Below, in pieces: positions 13,283-23,288 of a DNA stretch of 64,000 nucleotides. The translations under genes and the position numbers were made by a program. How positions within the stretch are numbered: the stretch's first letter is position 1; every line of letters begins with the position of its first letter. The notes beneath the pieces were generated by a model, which did no database searches, was not told the DNA's origin, and saw only the letters and a list, made by a program, of their open reading frames with translations. Source of the stretch: Dehalococcoidales bacterium (GTDB lineage: Bacteria > Chloroflexota > Dehalococcoidia > Dehalococcoidales > BS750m-G39); assembly GCA_022865485.1 (NCBI GenBank), contig JALHSZ010000006.1, positions 1,999-65,998 on the forward strand. Direction: 5' to 3'.

Positions 13283-14083
13283 ATGAAAATAGCCTTTATC
13301 GGCGGCGGTAATATGGGGGAAGCCATGCTGGCGGCTGTCCTGGCTAGAGCCTTAGCTCAGCCGGAGTCCATCTCGGTAAGCGATGTCAGCCATAAACGCC
13401 TCGAGCACCTGAAAAAGCAATACTCCGTAACGGTAACCCCCGATAACCCCGAAGCCATTTCGGATAAAGACATTATCATTCTGGCGGTCAAGCCCCAGAA
13501 CCTCGCCGAAGTCATGGCTGAACTCAAAGACAATCTCAACCCCGCCCAGCTCATTCTTTCCATCATTGCCGGCGCTAAAATAAGCACTATCTTTTTGGGC
13601 TTAACCCACAACGCCGTCGTCCGCGCTATGCCCAACGCCCCCGCCCGGGTCGGGGAGGGGATGAGCGTCTGGACGGCGACCTCCGATGTAACCGACCAGC
13701 AAAAGCAGGCGGCTAAATCCATCTTAGGCGCTATGGGCAGAGAGCTTTACGTCGATGACGAGGCTTATCTCGATATGGCCACGGCTATCAGCGGCAGCGG
13801 CCCCGCCTACTTCTTTTTGATGGTCGAAGCGCTGGTCGACGCCGCTATCGAAATCGGCCTCCCCCGCGAAATGGCTCAGGAACTGGTCCTGCAGACCATG
13901 CTCGGCTCGGGCAAGTTCATCCGGCAGTCGGGCGCTTCACCCGCCGAGCTGCGCCGAAAAGTCACCTCTCCCGGCGGCACCACTGCCGCCGCCCTGGCTC
14001 AGTTCGAAAAAGGCGGCTTCGGCGGGCTGGTCAGGCGGGCGGTCAAAGCCGCCTACGAGCGGGCTAAAGAACTGGGCAAATAG
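13283..14083 (+). CDS. proC: Pyrroline-5-carboxylate reductase
   Basis: FIGGGNMG, RAMPN, SGSGPAY, VTSPGGTT. Confidence 0.97.
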   Translation: MKIAFIGGGNMGEAMLAAVLARALAQPESISVSDVSHKRLEHLKKQYSVTVTPDNPEAISDKDIIILAVKPQNLAEVMAELKDNLNPAQLILSIIAGAKISTIFLGLTHNAVVRAMPNAPARVGEGMSVWTATSDVTDQQKQAAKSILGAMGRELYVDDEAYLDMATAISGSGPAYFFLMVEALVDAAIEIGLPREMAQELVLQTMLGSGKFIRQSGASPAELRRKVTSPGGTTAAALAQFEKGGFGGLVRRAVKAAYERAKELGK

Positions 14084-14097
14084 CTCTGAGCTGGATT

Positions 14098-14586
14098 ATG
14101 AACTGGCTGGATATAGTCATACTGGTCGTCATAGCCGCAGCCACCTTCGCCGGGCTCTTCATCGGGCTTATCGCCGCCGGCCTCTGCCTGGCGGGGATAA
14201 TCGTGGGCGTAATCCTGGCCGGGCGCTACTACCTCCCCTTCTCCCAGTGGCTCGGCTTCATCCCCGAAGAAAACATCGCCCGGATAGTCGCCTTCGCCAT
14301 TATCCTGGTGGGGGTGATGCTCATCGCCGTGGTGCTGGCGATGGTTTTGCGCTGGGCGTTCTCGCTTATCAAGCTGGGCTGGGTTGACCGCCTCGGCGGC
14401 GCCGTCTTCGGGCTGGCTACGGGCGCTCTGCTCTGCGCCGCTACTCTGGCGATGTGGGTCAAGTTCGTCGGCGCTGGGGCGTCCGTCAGCGGCTCGGTCC
14501 TGGCGTCAATAACGCTGGAGCACTTCCCCGTCGTGCTGGGGCTGCTTCCCGCCGAGTTCGATGCCGTGCGCGCTTTCTTTCAGTGA
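14098..14586 (+). CDS. cvpA: CvpA-family membrane protein
   Basis: MNWLDIVI start, DRLGGAVFG motif, 4 TM helices. Confidence 0.85.
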   Translation: MNWLDIVILVVIAAATFAGLFIGLIAAGLCLAGIIVGVILAGRYYLPFSQWLGFIPEENIARIVAFAIILVGVMLIAVVLAMVLRWAFSLIKLGWVDRLGGAVFGLATGALLCAATLAMWVKFVGAGASVSGSVLASITLEHFPVVLGLLPAEFDAVRAFFQ

Positions 14587-14591
14587 GGTCT

Positions 14592-15077
14592 CTAGAACTT
14601 CCCCTTAAACTTCTTCCGGAGCGCCTCGACCACATTGGGGGGGACGAGGTCGTGGATATCGCCGCCCAGGCTGGCGGCTTCCTTGAGCAGGCTGGAGCTC
14701 AGGAACTGGTACTCCACTCTCGACATCAGGCAGACGAACTCCAGCTTGGGATAGAGCTTCTTGGTCATCATGGCCATGTCGAACTCCCGCTCGAAATCGG
14801 CGCTCATGCGCAGTCCCCGCACCATGGCTACCGCCTTCACCCTCTTGGCGAAATCGACGGTCAGCCCCCCGAAAGACTGCACCTCGACGTTGGGCAGCTC
14901 GGCGATGGCTTTACGTATCAGCTCCTCCCTCTCCGCGGTGCTAAAAAGAATGGGCTTGTTGGGGTTCTCGTAGACCCCGATAATCAGCTTGTCGAAGAGC
15001 CTGGCGGCTCTGGTGGCGATATCGAGGTGGCCATTGGTGACGGGGTCAAAGGTGCCGGGGTAGATAGCAATTCTCAA
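14592..15077 (-). CDS. coaD: Phosphopantetheine adenylyltransferase
   Basis: YPGTFDPVTNGHLDI, RGLR..DFERE, LSSS. Confidence 0.97.
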   Translation of the reverse strand: MRIAIYPGTFDPVTNGHLDIATRAARLFDKLIIGVYENPNKPILFSTAEREELIRKAIAELPNVEVQSFGGLTVDFAKRVKAVAMVRGLRMSADFEREFDMAMMTKKLYPKLEFVCLMSRVEYQFLSSSLLKEAASLGGDIHDLVPPNVVEALRKKFKGKF

Positions 15078-15631
15078 GGTTTACCCTCCTTTTGGTATAT
15101 TGCGATGCAACTATCGCCGTGGCGACGCTCTTTGAGCAGGGTTAAGGGGGGATAGCTGAACTCTAGGGTGAGGTGGGGTGAGTGCGTCACCACTACTATC
15201 GTATCTCTGCCGACCAGCGCCGAGGTCGCCAGTCGCTGAATCGTTTCGCCTATAGTCTCGTCGGCGTAGGGGGGGTCTATCACGATAATATTATACTCCC
15301 CTTTCAGAAAGGTGAGCGCTTTTGATACGCTGCGGCAGTAAACATGCGCCTGGCCCGCCAGCTTCGTCCTTTCCAGGTTTTGCCTGATTATACTACAACA
15401 ACGTGGTTCCTGTTCAACAAAGTCCACCCACCCCGCCCCCCGCGACAGGGCTTCGATGCCCAGCGCCCCGCTCCCCGAAAAGAGGTCGAGCACTCGCGAC
15501 CAGTCGCCGGCGATGCCCTCCAGTATGGAGAAGATGGCCCCCCGCACCAGGTCCGTGGCCGGGCGGGTGCCCGTCCCCTGGGGCACTTTAAGGTGGTGTC
15601 CCTTGGCGCTGCCGGCAATAACCCGCATCAT
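15074..15631 (-). CDS. rsmD: 16S rRNA m2G966 methyltransferase
   Basis: MRVIAG, TRPATD, LDLFSGSGALGIEALSRG, DPPY; adjacent to coaD. Confidence 0.95.
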   Translation of the reverse strand: MMRVIAGSAKGHHLKVPQGTGTRPATDLVRGAIFSILEGIAGDWSRVLDLFSGSGALGIEALSRGAGWVDFVEQEPRCCSIIRQNLERTKLAGQAHVYCRSVSKALTFLKGEYNIIVIDPPYADETIGETIQRLATSALVGRDTIVVVTHSPHLTLEFSYPPLTLLKERRHGDSCIAIYQKEGKP

Positions 15632-15795
15632 CCTATATATGATATTGGGTTACGGGGAGAAGGTCAATAAGGGGAAGAAACAGCGTAAAAATACTTAAGT
15701 CAAAACCTTTCCCCACCTCTAAAAACTCTTGCCCTGAAAAAGTCTATTATGATATACTTGTTTGCCGTCATTCCGAGCTTCAAGGAGGTATATAG

Positions 15796-16272
15796 TTGCT
15801 GGCAGACTATGGCTACATCGGCTTACTCTTGATAGTCGCCATTTTTTTTGCTGTCACCACCCTGCTCATCCCCTTTTCTCTAAGTCTGCCGGCCAGGCTG
15901 GCGATATATTCCCGTAAATTCCGCCACTACATCCAGACCCGCTGGCCCCTCCTGGCCCGGTTTATTCCTCCCCTCCCCTCTCCCCCCAAATTCATGCAAA
16001 TCGTCCCCTATAACCCCAGCCCGGTGAAAAACTCCACCTTCGAGTGCGGCATGGAAACCATCGGCAAGAGCTGGGTTCAGTTCAACTTCCGCTACTACTT
16101 CTATGCGCTGGTCTTTATCGCCCTCGACGTGCTGGTTGTTTTCCTCTATCCCTGGGCGGTTGAGCTGAGGGGGCTGGGGTTTTCCGGGCTTTTTGCCGTG
16201 CTCATTTTCATCGGCATCATTATTGTCGGCTATATCTACGCCTGGAAGAAGAAGGTTCTGGAATGGAAATAG
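15796..16272 (+). CDS. nuoA: Complex I subunit A (with insertion after TM1)
   Basis: [29 protein letters not shown]. Confidence 0.92.
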   Translation: MLADYGYIGLLLIVAIFFAVTTLLIPFSLSLPARLAIYSRKFRHYIQTRWPLLARFIPPLPSPPKFMQIVPYNPSPVKNSTFECGMETIGKSWVQFNFRYYFYALVFIALDVLVVFLYPWAVELRGLGFSGLFAVLIFIGIIIVGYIYAWKKKVLEWK

Positions 16273-16853
16273 AAGAAGTCTATTCCCGCCAGCAGCTTGA
16301 CGAGGCTGAGGGCAGGCAGATAAACGAGCTTATCGCCCGCAGCCAGCGGATTATCCCCGACCCCGACGGCTGGCTGGACGAAGAACTCAAGCGCAACATC
16401 CTGGTCACCTCGGTGGATGCCGTGCTCGACTGGGCGAGGCGCACTTCGCTCTGGCCGGTGTTTTGTTTCCCCGCCTGCTGCGCCTTCGAGTTTATGACCA
16501 CCGCCGCTTCCCGTTTCGATATCTCCCGCTTCGGCATGGAGATTGTCCGCGCCTCCCCCCGCCAGGGCGACCTGATGATTACGGCGGGCACATTAACCTG
16601 GAAGATGGCGCCCCAGGTAAAACGCATCTACGACCAGATGGCGGAGCCCAAGTGGGTCATCGCCATGGGGGCCTGCGCCATCAGCGGCGGCATCTTTCGT
16701 TCCTCCTACAGCGTGGTGCCGGGCTATAACCGCATCATTCCCATCGACGTCTACGTGCCGGGCTGCCCCCCCCGCCCCGAAGCCCTGCGCTACGGAATCA
16801 GGATGTTACATAAAAAGATAAGCAAAACGAGCATTACTCGAGGGGTTAGATAG
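16263..16853 (+). CDS. nuoB: Complex I subunit B
   Basis: [30 protein letters not shown]. Confidence 0.96.
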   Translation: MEIEEVYSRQQLDEAEGRQINELIARSQRIIPDPDGWLDEELKRNILVTSVDAVLDWARRTSLWPVFCFPACCAFEFMTTAASRFDISRFGMEIVRASPRQGDLMITAGTLTWKMAPQVKRIYDQMAEPKWVIAMGACAISGGIFRSSYSVVPGYNRIIPIDVYVPGCPPRPEALRYGIRMLHKKISKTSITRGVR

Positions 16854-16856
16854 CCA

Positions 16857-17297
16857 ATGACGACGGCCCTTTCCGGTGCCAGGATAGCCAAGCAGATAGG
16901 CAAGAAGTTTCCCGAAGCCGTCATCGAATCGGGAGCGGATAGCCTGCTGCTCAAGGCCGAGTCGCTGTTGGAGGTGGCAGACTATCTAAAGAAGACCCCC
17001 GGCCTCGACTTCGCCTACCTCAATTACATTACCGCCGTCGACTACTACGACTACTTCGAGGTCGTCTATCAGCTCGCCTCGATACAGCATAATCACGGGC
17101 TGGTGTTAAAAGTCCGCTGCTACGATAGGCAAAACCCCACCCTGCCCTCGGTAGTCGGCATCTGGCGGGGCGCCGATTTTCAGGAAAGGGAAATCTACGA
17201 CCTGCTCGGTATCAGCTTCGAGGGCCACCCCAATCTCAGACGCATCGTCCTCTGGGAAGGCTTCGAAGGCTACCCCTTAAGGAAAGAATTTCTATGA
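16857..17297 (+). CDS. nuoC: Complex I subunit C
   Basis: [26 protein letters not shown]. Confidence 0.95.
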   Translation: MTTALSGARIAKQIGKKFPEAVIESGADSLLLKAESLLEVADYLKKTPGLDFAYLNYITAVDYYDYFEVVYQLASIQHNHGLVLKVRCYDRQNPTLPSVVGIWRGADFQEREIYDLLGISFEGHPNLRRIVLWEGFEGYPLRKEFL

Positions 17298-18421
17298 CGA
17301 CTAAGACGACTAGAGAAATAACCCTCCCGACCGAGCCCTTCGCGGTCAATATCGGCCCCGCCCACCCCAGCACCCACGGGGTCTTCCGCATGCTCACCAC
17401 CCTCGACGGCGAGGTCATCCTCAACATGGAGCCCATCTTCGGCTATCTCCACCGCGGCATCGAAAAGCTGGCTGAGGAGCGCACCTACGGCGGCTGCGTC
17501 CCCCTCACCGATAGGCTCGACTACCTGGCTTCGATGAGCAACAACCTGGCTTATGTTCTGGCGGTGGAAAAGCTGGCCGGGATTGCCGTCCCCGAGCGGG
17601 CGGAATACATCCGGGTGATTATGGCTGAACTCCAGCGCATCGCCAGCCACCTCATCGCCGTCGGCGCTTTCCTCAACGACTGCGGCGCCTTTATGACTCC
17701 CATCCTCTATATGCTCCGCGAAAGGGAGAAGATTCTAGACCTCTTCGACATGGTCTGCGGCCAGCGCCTCACCTACAACTACATGCGGGTGGGCGGCGTC
17801 AGCCAGGACATCCCCGAAGAGTTTGCCCCCGCCCTGAAAAAGTTCCTCAAGGAAATGCCGGGCTGGATTAACGAGTACGAGTGGCTGCTCAAGGAAAACG
17901 AGATACTGCTGGCGCGCGCCAAGGGCGTCGGCATCTTGACCCGGGAAATGGCTATCAATATCTCGGCCAGCGGCCCCGTGCTCAGGGCCAGCGGGGTGGA
18001 GTGGGACATTCGCCGCGCCGACCCCTACTCTATTTATGACCGCTTTGAGTTCGATATACCCACCGGCAAGGCCGGTGATTGCTACGACCGCTACCGCGTC
18101 AGGGTCGAAGAGATGCGCCAGAGCCTGCGCATCTTAGAGCAGGCTCTAAAGGACTTACCCGGGGGCGAGGTGAGGAGCGAGGTGCCCCACCTTATCCGCC
18201 CCCCCGCCGGCGAGGCCTACAGTCATATTGAAGCGCCGAGGGGCGAACTCGGTTTCTACCTGGTGTCGGACGGCTCCATCGCCCCCTACCGCTTCCACGT
18301 GCGGGCGCCGACCCTCATCAACCTGACGGCGCTCAACGATATGATGCGGGGGTGGAAGGTGGCTGACCTCATACTTATCTTCGGCAGCATTGATATCTGT
18401 CTGGCGGAGGTGGACCGCTAA
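17294..18421 (+). CDS. nuoD: Complex I subunit D
   Basis: [30 protein letters not shown]; no NiFe CxxC motifs. Confidence 0.96.
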   Translation: MTTKTTREITLPTEPFAVNIGPAHPSTHGVFRMLTTLDGEVILNMEPIFGYLHRGIEKLAEERTYGGCVPLTDRLDYLASMSNNLAYVLAVEKLAGIAVPERAEYIRVIMAELQRIASHLIAVGAFLNDCGAFMTPILYMLREREKILDLFDMVCGQRLTYNYMRVGGVSQDIPEEFAPALKKFLKEMPGWINEYEWLLKENEILLARAKGVGILTREMAINISASGPVLRASGVEWDIRRADPYSIYDRFEFDIPTGKAGDCYDRYRVRVEEMRQSLRILEQALKDLPGGEVRSEVPHLIRPPAGEAYSHIEAPRGELGFYLVSDGSIAPYRFHVRAPTLINLTALNDMMRGWKVADLILIFGSIDICLAEVDR

Positions 18422-19509
18422 TGGCGACGCAGTTCTTGCCCCCCGACTGGCCCGGCAACTTCTGGGCGCACTGGGCGGTATTCACCGTCATCATATTGGT
18501 TTTCCTCCTTTTGACGGTAATGGCCTTCATCTGGTTCGAGCGGCGGGCGATGGCGATTATGCAGTCGCGTCTGGGCCCCAACCGCGCCGGCCCCTTCGGC
18601 ATCTTCCAGCCGGCGGCGGACGCTCTGAAACTATTGATTAAAGAAGACGTCGTTCCCGCGGCGGGCGATAAGGTCGTCCACTGGCTGGCGCCCGTGGTCG
18701 CCTTCGTCCCCGTAATGATGGTCTTCGCCGTGGTGCCCTTCCAGGGCGGCGCCCTGCTGGCCGACCTCAATGTCGGCGTCCTCTATATCGTGGCTATCAG
18801 CTCGTTGACGGCGGTGGGCATCTTTATGGCGGGCTGGAGCTCCAACAACAAGTACTCCCTGCTCGGCGCCATGCGCCAGGTGGCTTCGGTGGTCAGCTAC
18901 GAGATACCCGTGGTCTTATCGCTTATCGGCGTCATTCTGCTGGCGGGCTCGCTCTCCCTGCAGCAGATAGTCCAGGCTCAGGAGATACCCTTTATCCTGG
19001 TGCAGCCGCTGGGCTTCCTGCTCTTCTTCTGCGGCGCCCTGGCCGAAATCAACCGCGCCCCCTTCGACCTCACCGAGGCCGACTCCGAGATTGTGGCTGG
19101 CTTTCTCACCGAATATTCGGGGATGAAGTTCGGCTTGCTCTTTCTGGCGGAATACGGCGAGGCGCTGGCAATATCGGCTATCGTCACCACCCTTTTCCTG
19201 GGCGGCTGGCGGGGCCCCCTCCTCCCCGACTGGCTCTGGTTCCTGCTCAAGGTCGGCGCCGTCTTCTTCTTTATCGTCTGGATAAGGACGACCGTGCCCC
19301 GCGTCAGGATCGACCAGCTTATGGCGCTGGCCTGGAAGTTTCTCTTCCCCCTGGCGCTGATAAACCTGCTCGTTACCGCCGTCGAGATTCTGGTCTGGCC
19401 CGATGTTTCCCTCTGGCTGTTGGTACCGGTCAATTTTGCCGTTATGATAGTCCTGGTGCTCCTCTGGTCGAAACTCTTTAAGCTGGGCTGGGGTAGAGTC
19501 AATGTTTGA
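18421..19509 (+). CDS. nuoH: Complex I subunit H
   Basis: QSRLGPNRAGP.G..Q..AD..KL..KE, NRAPFDL.EA..E...G...EYSG. Confidence 0.96.
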   Translation: MATQFLPPDWPGNFWAHWAVFTVIILVFLLLTVMAFIWFERRAMAIMQSRLGPNRAGPFGIFQPAADALKLLIKEDVVPAAGDKVVHWLAPVVAFVPVMMVFAVVPFQGGALLADLNVGVLYIVAISSLTAVGIFMAGWSSNNKYSLLGAMRQVASVVSYEIPVVLSLIGVILLAGSLSLQQIVQAQEIPFILVQPLGFLLFFCGALAEINRAPFDLTEADSEIVAGFLTEYSGMKFGLLFLAEYGEALAISAIVTTLFLGGWRGPLLPDWLWFLLKVGAVFFFIVWIRTTVPRVRIDQLMALAWKFLFPLALINLLVTAVEILVWPDVSLWLLVPVNFAVMIVLVLLWSKLFKLGWGRVNV

Positions 19510-19999
19510 ACACTACGGAATAGGCATCGTCAAGGGCATGTCGGTGACGCTCAGGAATCTCTTCCGCCGTCCCGTCACCACCCAGTACCCCGAGCAGCGC
19601 CTCAATCCCTCGCGCCGCACCCGGGGCAACGAGCTTATCTGGAACCAGGAAAGGTGCACTGGTTGCGGCACCTGCGCCAAGAGCTGCCCCCAGGGCAGCA
19701 TCGATATCGTAACCTCGACCAAAATCGAGGAGAATAAATACAGGGTCGAGAAGTTCGAGGTGGATATGGGCTACTGCATCTTCTGCGGCTTGTGCGTCGA
19801 AGCCTGCCCCTACAACGCCATCTTTCTGGGCTACGCCTACGAGCGGGCGCGCTATCGCCGCGGCGAGCTGGTGCTGGCTAAAGAAGGCTTGCTGGAATCG
19901 GCGGAGCGTAAGCCCAGCGGCTACGCCCATCCTGAAGTTGCCGCCGAATTACCCGCGCAGAGCCTGCTCCTGGATAAAGACAGGGGGAGAAGAAGTTAA
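19502..19999 (+). CDS. nuoI: Complex I subunit I (2x[4Fe-4S])
   Basis: TQYPE; CTGCGTCAKSCP and CIFCGLCVEACP. Confidence 0.95.
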   Translation: MFEHYGIGIVKGMSVTLRNLFRRPVTTQYPEQRLNPSRRTRGNELIWNQERCTGCGTCAKSCPQGSIDIVTSTKIEENKYRVEKFEVDMGYCIFCGLCVEACPYNAIFLGYAYERARYRRGELVLAKEGLLESAERKPSGYAHPEVAAELPAQSLLLDKDRGRRS

Positions 20000-20487
20000 T
20001 GGGTCTTGATGTCGCCTTCTGGATACTGGCTGTCGTCGGCGTGACGGCGGCGCTGGCTGTCGTCCTGCTGGGCGATGTCTTCCGTGCTGCCCTGTCGCTG
20101 GTGCTCTGCTTTCTGGCGGTGGCGGGAATCTATCTCACCCTGAACGCCGACTTCCTGGCGGTGGTGCAGATTCTGGTCTATGTCGGCGCCATCTCGGTCT
20201 TAATCATTTTAGCCATTATGCTCACCCGTGAGGTCCAGCGGGGCAGTCCCTCCAATAGGCTGCGCATTCCCGCCCTCTTCGTCGCCGCCCTGTTCTTAGT
20301 CGTGGTAATCTATGCCCTGCTCAATACTAACTGGCAAATTTCGTCCGTCCCGCCCCTGGAGCCGACCACTCCTGCCATAGCCGGGCTGCTCTTCGGCGAA
20401 GGCGGCTTTATCCTGCCCGTGGAGATTGCCCCCATCCTCTTGCTGGCGGCAATCATAGGGGCTATCGTCCTGGTGAGGGAGAAATAA
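19999..20487 (+). CDS. nuoJ: Complex I subunit J
   Basis: A.FLAVVQILVYVGAISVL; PVE...LLLAAIIGA. Confidence 0.93.
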   Translation: MGLDVAFWILAVVGVTAALAVVLLGDVFRAALSLVLCFLAVAGIYLTLNADFLAVVQILVYVGAISVLIILAIMLTREVQRGSPSNRLRIPALFVAALFLVVVIYALLNTNWQISSVPPLEPTTPAIAGLLFGEGGFILPVEIAPILLLAAIIGAIVLVREK

Positions 20488-20489
20488 CC

Positions 20490-20798
20490 ATGGTAGGACT
20501 GGAGCACTATTTAATACTGGCGGCGGTGCTGTTCGCCATCGGCCTCTACGGCGCGCTGGCTAAGCGCAACGCCATCATCATCCTGATGTCCATCGAGCTT
20601 ATGCTCAATGCGGTCAACATCGCTATGGTCGCCTTCTCCCGCTATATCGTGCCCCTCCAGCTCACGGGGCAGATTTTCGCTATCTTCGTTATGGTGGTGG
20701 CGGCGGCTGAGGTCGCCGTCGGGCTGGCCATAATCATCGCCATCTACCGCCACCATAAGACTATAGACGCCACTAAAATCGATTTAATGAAATGGTAA
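20490..20798 (+). CDS. nuoK: Complex I subunit K
   Basis: LMSIELMLNA, VAAAEVAVGLA. Confidence 0.96.
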   Translation: MVGLEHYLILAAVLFAIGLYGALAKRNAIIILMSIELMLNAVNIAMVAFSRYIVPLQLTGQIFAIFVMVVAAAEVAVGLAIIIAIYRHHKTIDATKIDLMKW

Positions 20799-20832
20799 GT
20801 AAATAGGGTGAAATAGTAAAGGAGGCAAAACT

Positions 20833-20979
20833 ATGAACAAGGGTGCACCGGGCGCGCTGGCGGGAACAATCTGGTTTATGGGCTGGCTCTTCACCATCGG
20901 CTTTGCCCATCTCGTCTGGTGGAAGATTATCCTGGGCATCGTGGTCTGGCCGTTCTACCTGGGCGGATTCATTAGCTGA
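20833..20979 (+). CDS. 48-aa two-helix membrane protein (below the ORF-track cut-off)
   Basis: AAGGAGG SD, then MNKGAPGALAGTIWFMGWLFTIGFAHLVWWKIILGIVVWPFYLGGFIS*. Confidence 0.7.
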   Translation: MNKGAPGALAGTIWFMGWLFTIGFAHLVWWKIILGIVVWPFYLGGFIS

Positions 20980-20989
20980 AATCGGCCGT

Positions 20990-21165
20990 TTAAATCTTTT
21001 GGTGGGGTGTTGGGTGGGGTAAAGCCCCGGATAGCGGGGGTCAAGCGGGGATAAATCCCCGAAAACATAAACAGGGAGTCCAAGAGGGACGAAAAGGGGC
21101 CCCCGCAAAAACGAAGTTTTTGTGGGGTAAGGAGTCTCTCTTACCAAAAAATCGACTGGGGAGAG
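20990..21165. repeat. Degenerate family-B repeat inside the nuo operon
   Basis: GGTGGGG..GGGTGGGG, GATAGCGGGGG and GGAGTCCAAGAGGG modules shared with 63720-63840 and 13235-13265. Confidence 0.55.
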
Positions 21166-21179
21166 GTAGACAACAAATC

Positions 21180-21374
21180 ATGTGGGTAGAAGTCAAAAAA
21201 GCCAGGGGCTTGGCGCTGGCGGAAATGTGGAAGGAGCTCTTTGAGGGTGAGGGCATCCCCACCCGTCTCCTCCCCCTCGCCGGCGAGCCCCGTGACCGGG
21301 AGCTGGGCACCTATTCCGTGCTGGTGCCCCAGGATAAGGAGCACGTGATACAGGAGGTCTTGAGGAAGCTGTAA
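21180..21374 (+). CDS. 64-aa DUF2007-like small protein coupled to nuoL
   Basis: MWVEV...AEMWKELFEGEGIP...Y.VLVP pattern; TAATG stop/start overlap with nuoL. Confidence 0.65.
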   Translation: MWVEVKKARGLALAEMWKELFEGEGIPTRLLPLAGEPRDRELGTYSVLVPQDKEHVIQEVLRKL

Positions 21375-23263
21375 TGCCCTATCAACTGGTCTGGCTCATC
21401 TTTCTATTGCCCCTCTTCTCCTTTATCATAATAGCGCTGTTCTTGAGGCCCTTCCTCAAGAGCCAGCCCAAAACGGCGGGCTACATCACCATCGCCGCCC
21501 TTACCGGCTCGCTGGGTCTTTCCGTCTGGGCGCTCATGGAGGTAATGGCCACGGGCCAGCCCCTGCCCGTCCCCGACATCACCTGGGCGGTTGTCGACGG
21601 GCTGACCATTCACCTGGGGCTGCTTATGGACCAGCTGACGGCGGTGATGCTCATCGTGGTTACCGTGGTCAGCCTTATGGTGCAGATTTACTCCCAGGGC
21701 TATATGAAGGGCGACGCCGGCTATCACCGCTACTTCGCCTTTATGTCCCTCTTCACTGCCTCGATGCTGGGGCTGGTTTTAGCCGATAACCTCCTCTTCG
21801 TCTATGTCTTCTGGGAGATGGTCGGCCTGTGCTCCTACCTGCTTATCGGCTTCTGGTTCCACCGCCCCTCGGCGGCTAACGCCGCCAAGAAGGCGTTTAT
21901 CGTTACCCGCCTGGGCGACTTCGGTTTCCTGGCGGCAATCCTGCTCATATTCTTCAACACCGGCACGCTCGATATTACCCAGCTTCATTCCCTGGCGGCG
22001 ACGGGCGCTCTGGCCGGCACCACCCTGACCTGGGCGGCCATCGGCATCTTTGCTGGCGCGGCGGGCAAGTCGGCGCAGTTCCCGCTCCACACCTGGCTGC
22101 CCGACGCTATGGAAGGCCCCACCCCGGTCAGCGCCCTCATCCATGCCGCCACTATGGTCGCCGCGGGCGTCTTCCTGGTGGCGCGCACCTTCCCGCTCTT
22201 CTCCCACTCCACCGAAGCCGTAACCACGGTGGCGGTCGTCGGCGGCTTCACCGCCATCTTCGCCGCCACTATGGGCTTGGTGATGACCGATATCAAGCGC
22301 GTCCTGGCCTATTCCACCATCAGCCAACTCGGCTATATGATGCTGGGGCTGGGGGTGGGGGGAATCGCCATCGGCATCTTCCACCTCTTCAACCACGCCT
22401 TCTTCAAGGCTCTGCTCTTTTTGGGCGCGGGCAGCGTCAGCCACGCCACCGGCACCTTCGATATGCGTAAAATGGGCGGGCTGCGTAAAATAATGCCCTG
22501 GACCTACGCTACCTTTCTTATCGCTAGCTTAAGCATCGCCGGCATCTGGCCCCTGGCTGGCTTCTGGAGCAAGGACGAGATTCTGGCTTCGGCGCTGGAG
22601 AACCAGCCGGTGCTCTTCATTCTGGCCATGATAACCGTTTTTATGACCGCCTTCTATATGTTCCGCGTCGTCTTTATGACCTTCGGCGGCAGCTATCGCG
22701 GCGGCGACCCCGAGGCTCACGGCAAGCCCCACGAATCGCCCCCGGTCATGGTCATGCCGATGGTCGTTCTGGCAATACTGGCGGTGGTTTCGGGCTTGTG
22801 GAACGTTACCGGTGACTTCGGCGCCTTTATGGGTCACGGCGAGACGCACAGCTTTACCGAGGGCTTTTTCGGCATCCTCACTCACTCCCTGCCCTGGATA
22901 TCGCTGATGCTGGCCGGGCTGGGCATCCTGCTCGCCTACGCCATCTACAGCGCCAGGTGGCTGTCGGCGGAGAGCATCGGCGGCATGTTCCAGCCGCTCT
23001 ATAACCTGTTCCTGCATAAATACTGGCTCGACGAGCTTTACGAGAAGGTCTTCGTGGGCAGGGTGCTGCTCAAGGGCTTCTTTGCCGGCCTTCAGGGCTT
23101 CGATGTCTACGGCGTCGACGGCGCCGTCAACGGCATCGCCAGCGGCGCTATGGCCACCGGCCGGGCGATAAGAAAAGCCCACAGCGGCCAGTTGCAATTA
23201 TATGGTCTGTTTATCGGCATCGGCATCATCGTGATTGTTGCCTGTGTATATTTCTTCGGCTAA
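21374..23263 (+). CDS. nuoL: Complex I subunit L
   Basis: GKSAQFPLHTWLPDAMEGPTPVSALIHAATMV, HAFFKALLFL. Confidence 0.97.
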   Translation: MPYQLVWLIFLLPLFSFIIIALFLRPFLKSQPKTAGYITIAALTGSLGLSVWALMEVMATGQPLPVPDITWAVVDGLTIHLGLLMDQLTAVMLIVVTVVSLMVQIYSQGYMKGDAGYHRYFAFMSLFTASMLGLVLADNLLFVYVFWEMVGLCSYLLIGFWFHRPSAANAAKKAFIVTRLGDFGFLAAILLIFFNTGTLDITQLHSLAATGALAGTTLTWAAIGIFAGAAGKSAQFPLHTWLPDAMEGPTPVSALIHAATMVAAGVFLVARTFPLFSHSTEAVTTVAVVGGFTAIFAATMGLVMTDIKRVLAYSTISQLGYMMLGLGVGGIAIGIFHLFNHAFFKALLFLGAGSVSHATGTFDMRKMGGLRKIMPWTYATFLIASLSIAGIWPLAGFWSKDEILASALENQPVLFILAMITVFMTAFYMFRVVFMTFGGSYRGGDPEAHGKPHESPPVMVMPMVVLAILAVVSGLWNVTGDFGAFMGHGETHSFTEGFFGILTHSLPWISLMLAGLGILLAYAIYSARWLSAESIGGMFQPLYNLFLHKYWLDELYEKVFVGRVLLKGFFAGLQGFDVYGVDGAVNGIASGAMATGRAIRKAHSGQLQLYGLFIGIGIIVIVACVYFFG

Positions 23264-23288
23264 AAAATGTCTATAGGAGCGAGACTAG

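Noticed and set aside
17294-18421. Group 4 NiFe hydrogenase large subunit
   Set aside because: Both CxxC Ni-binding motifs are absent; the motifs are NuoD-type.
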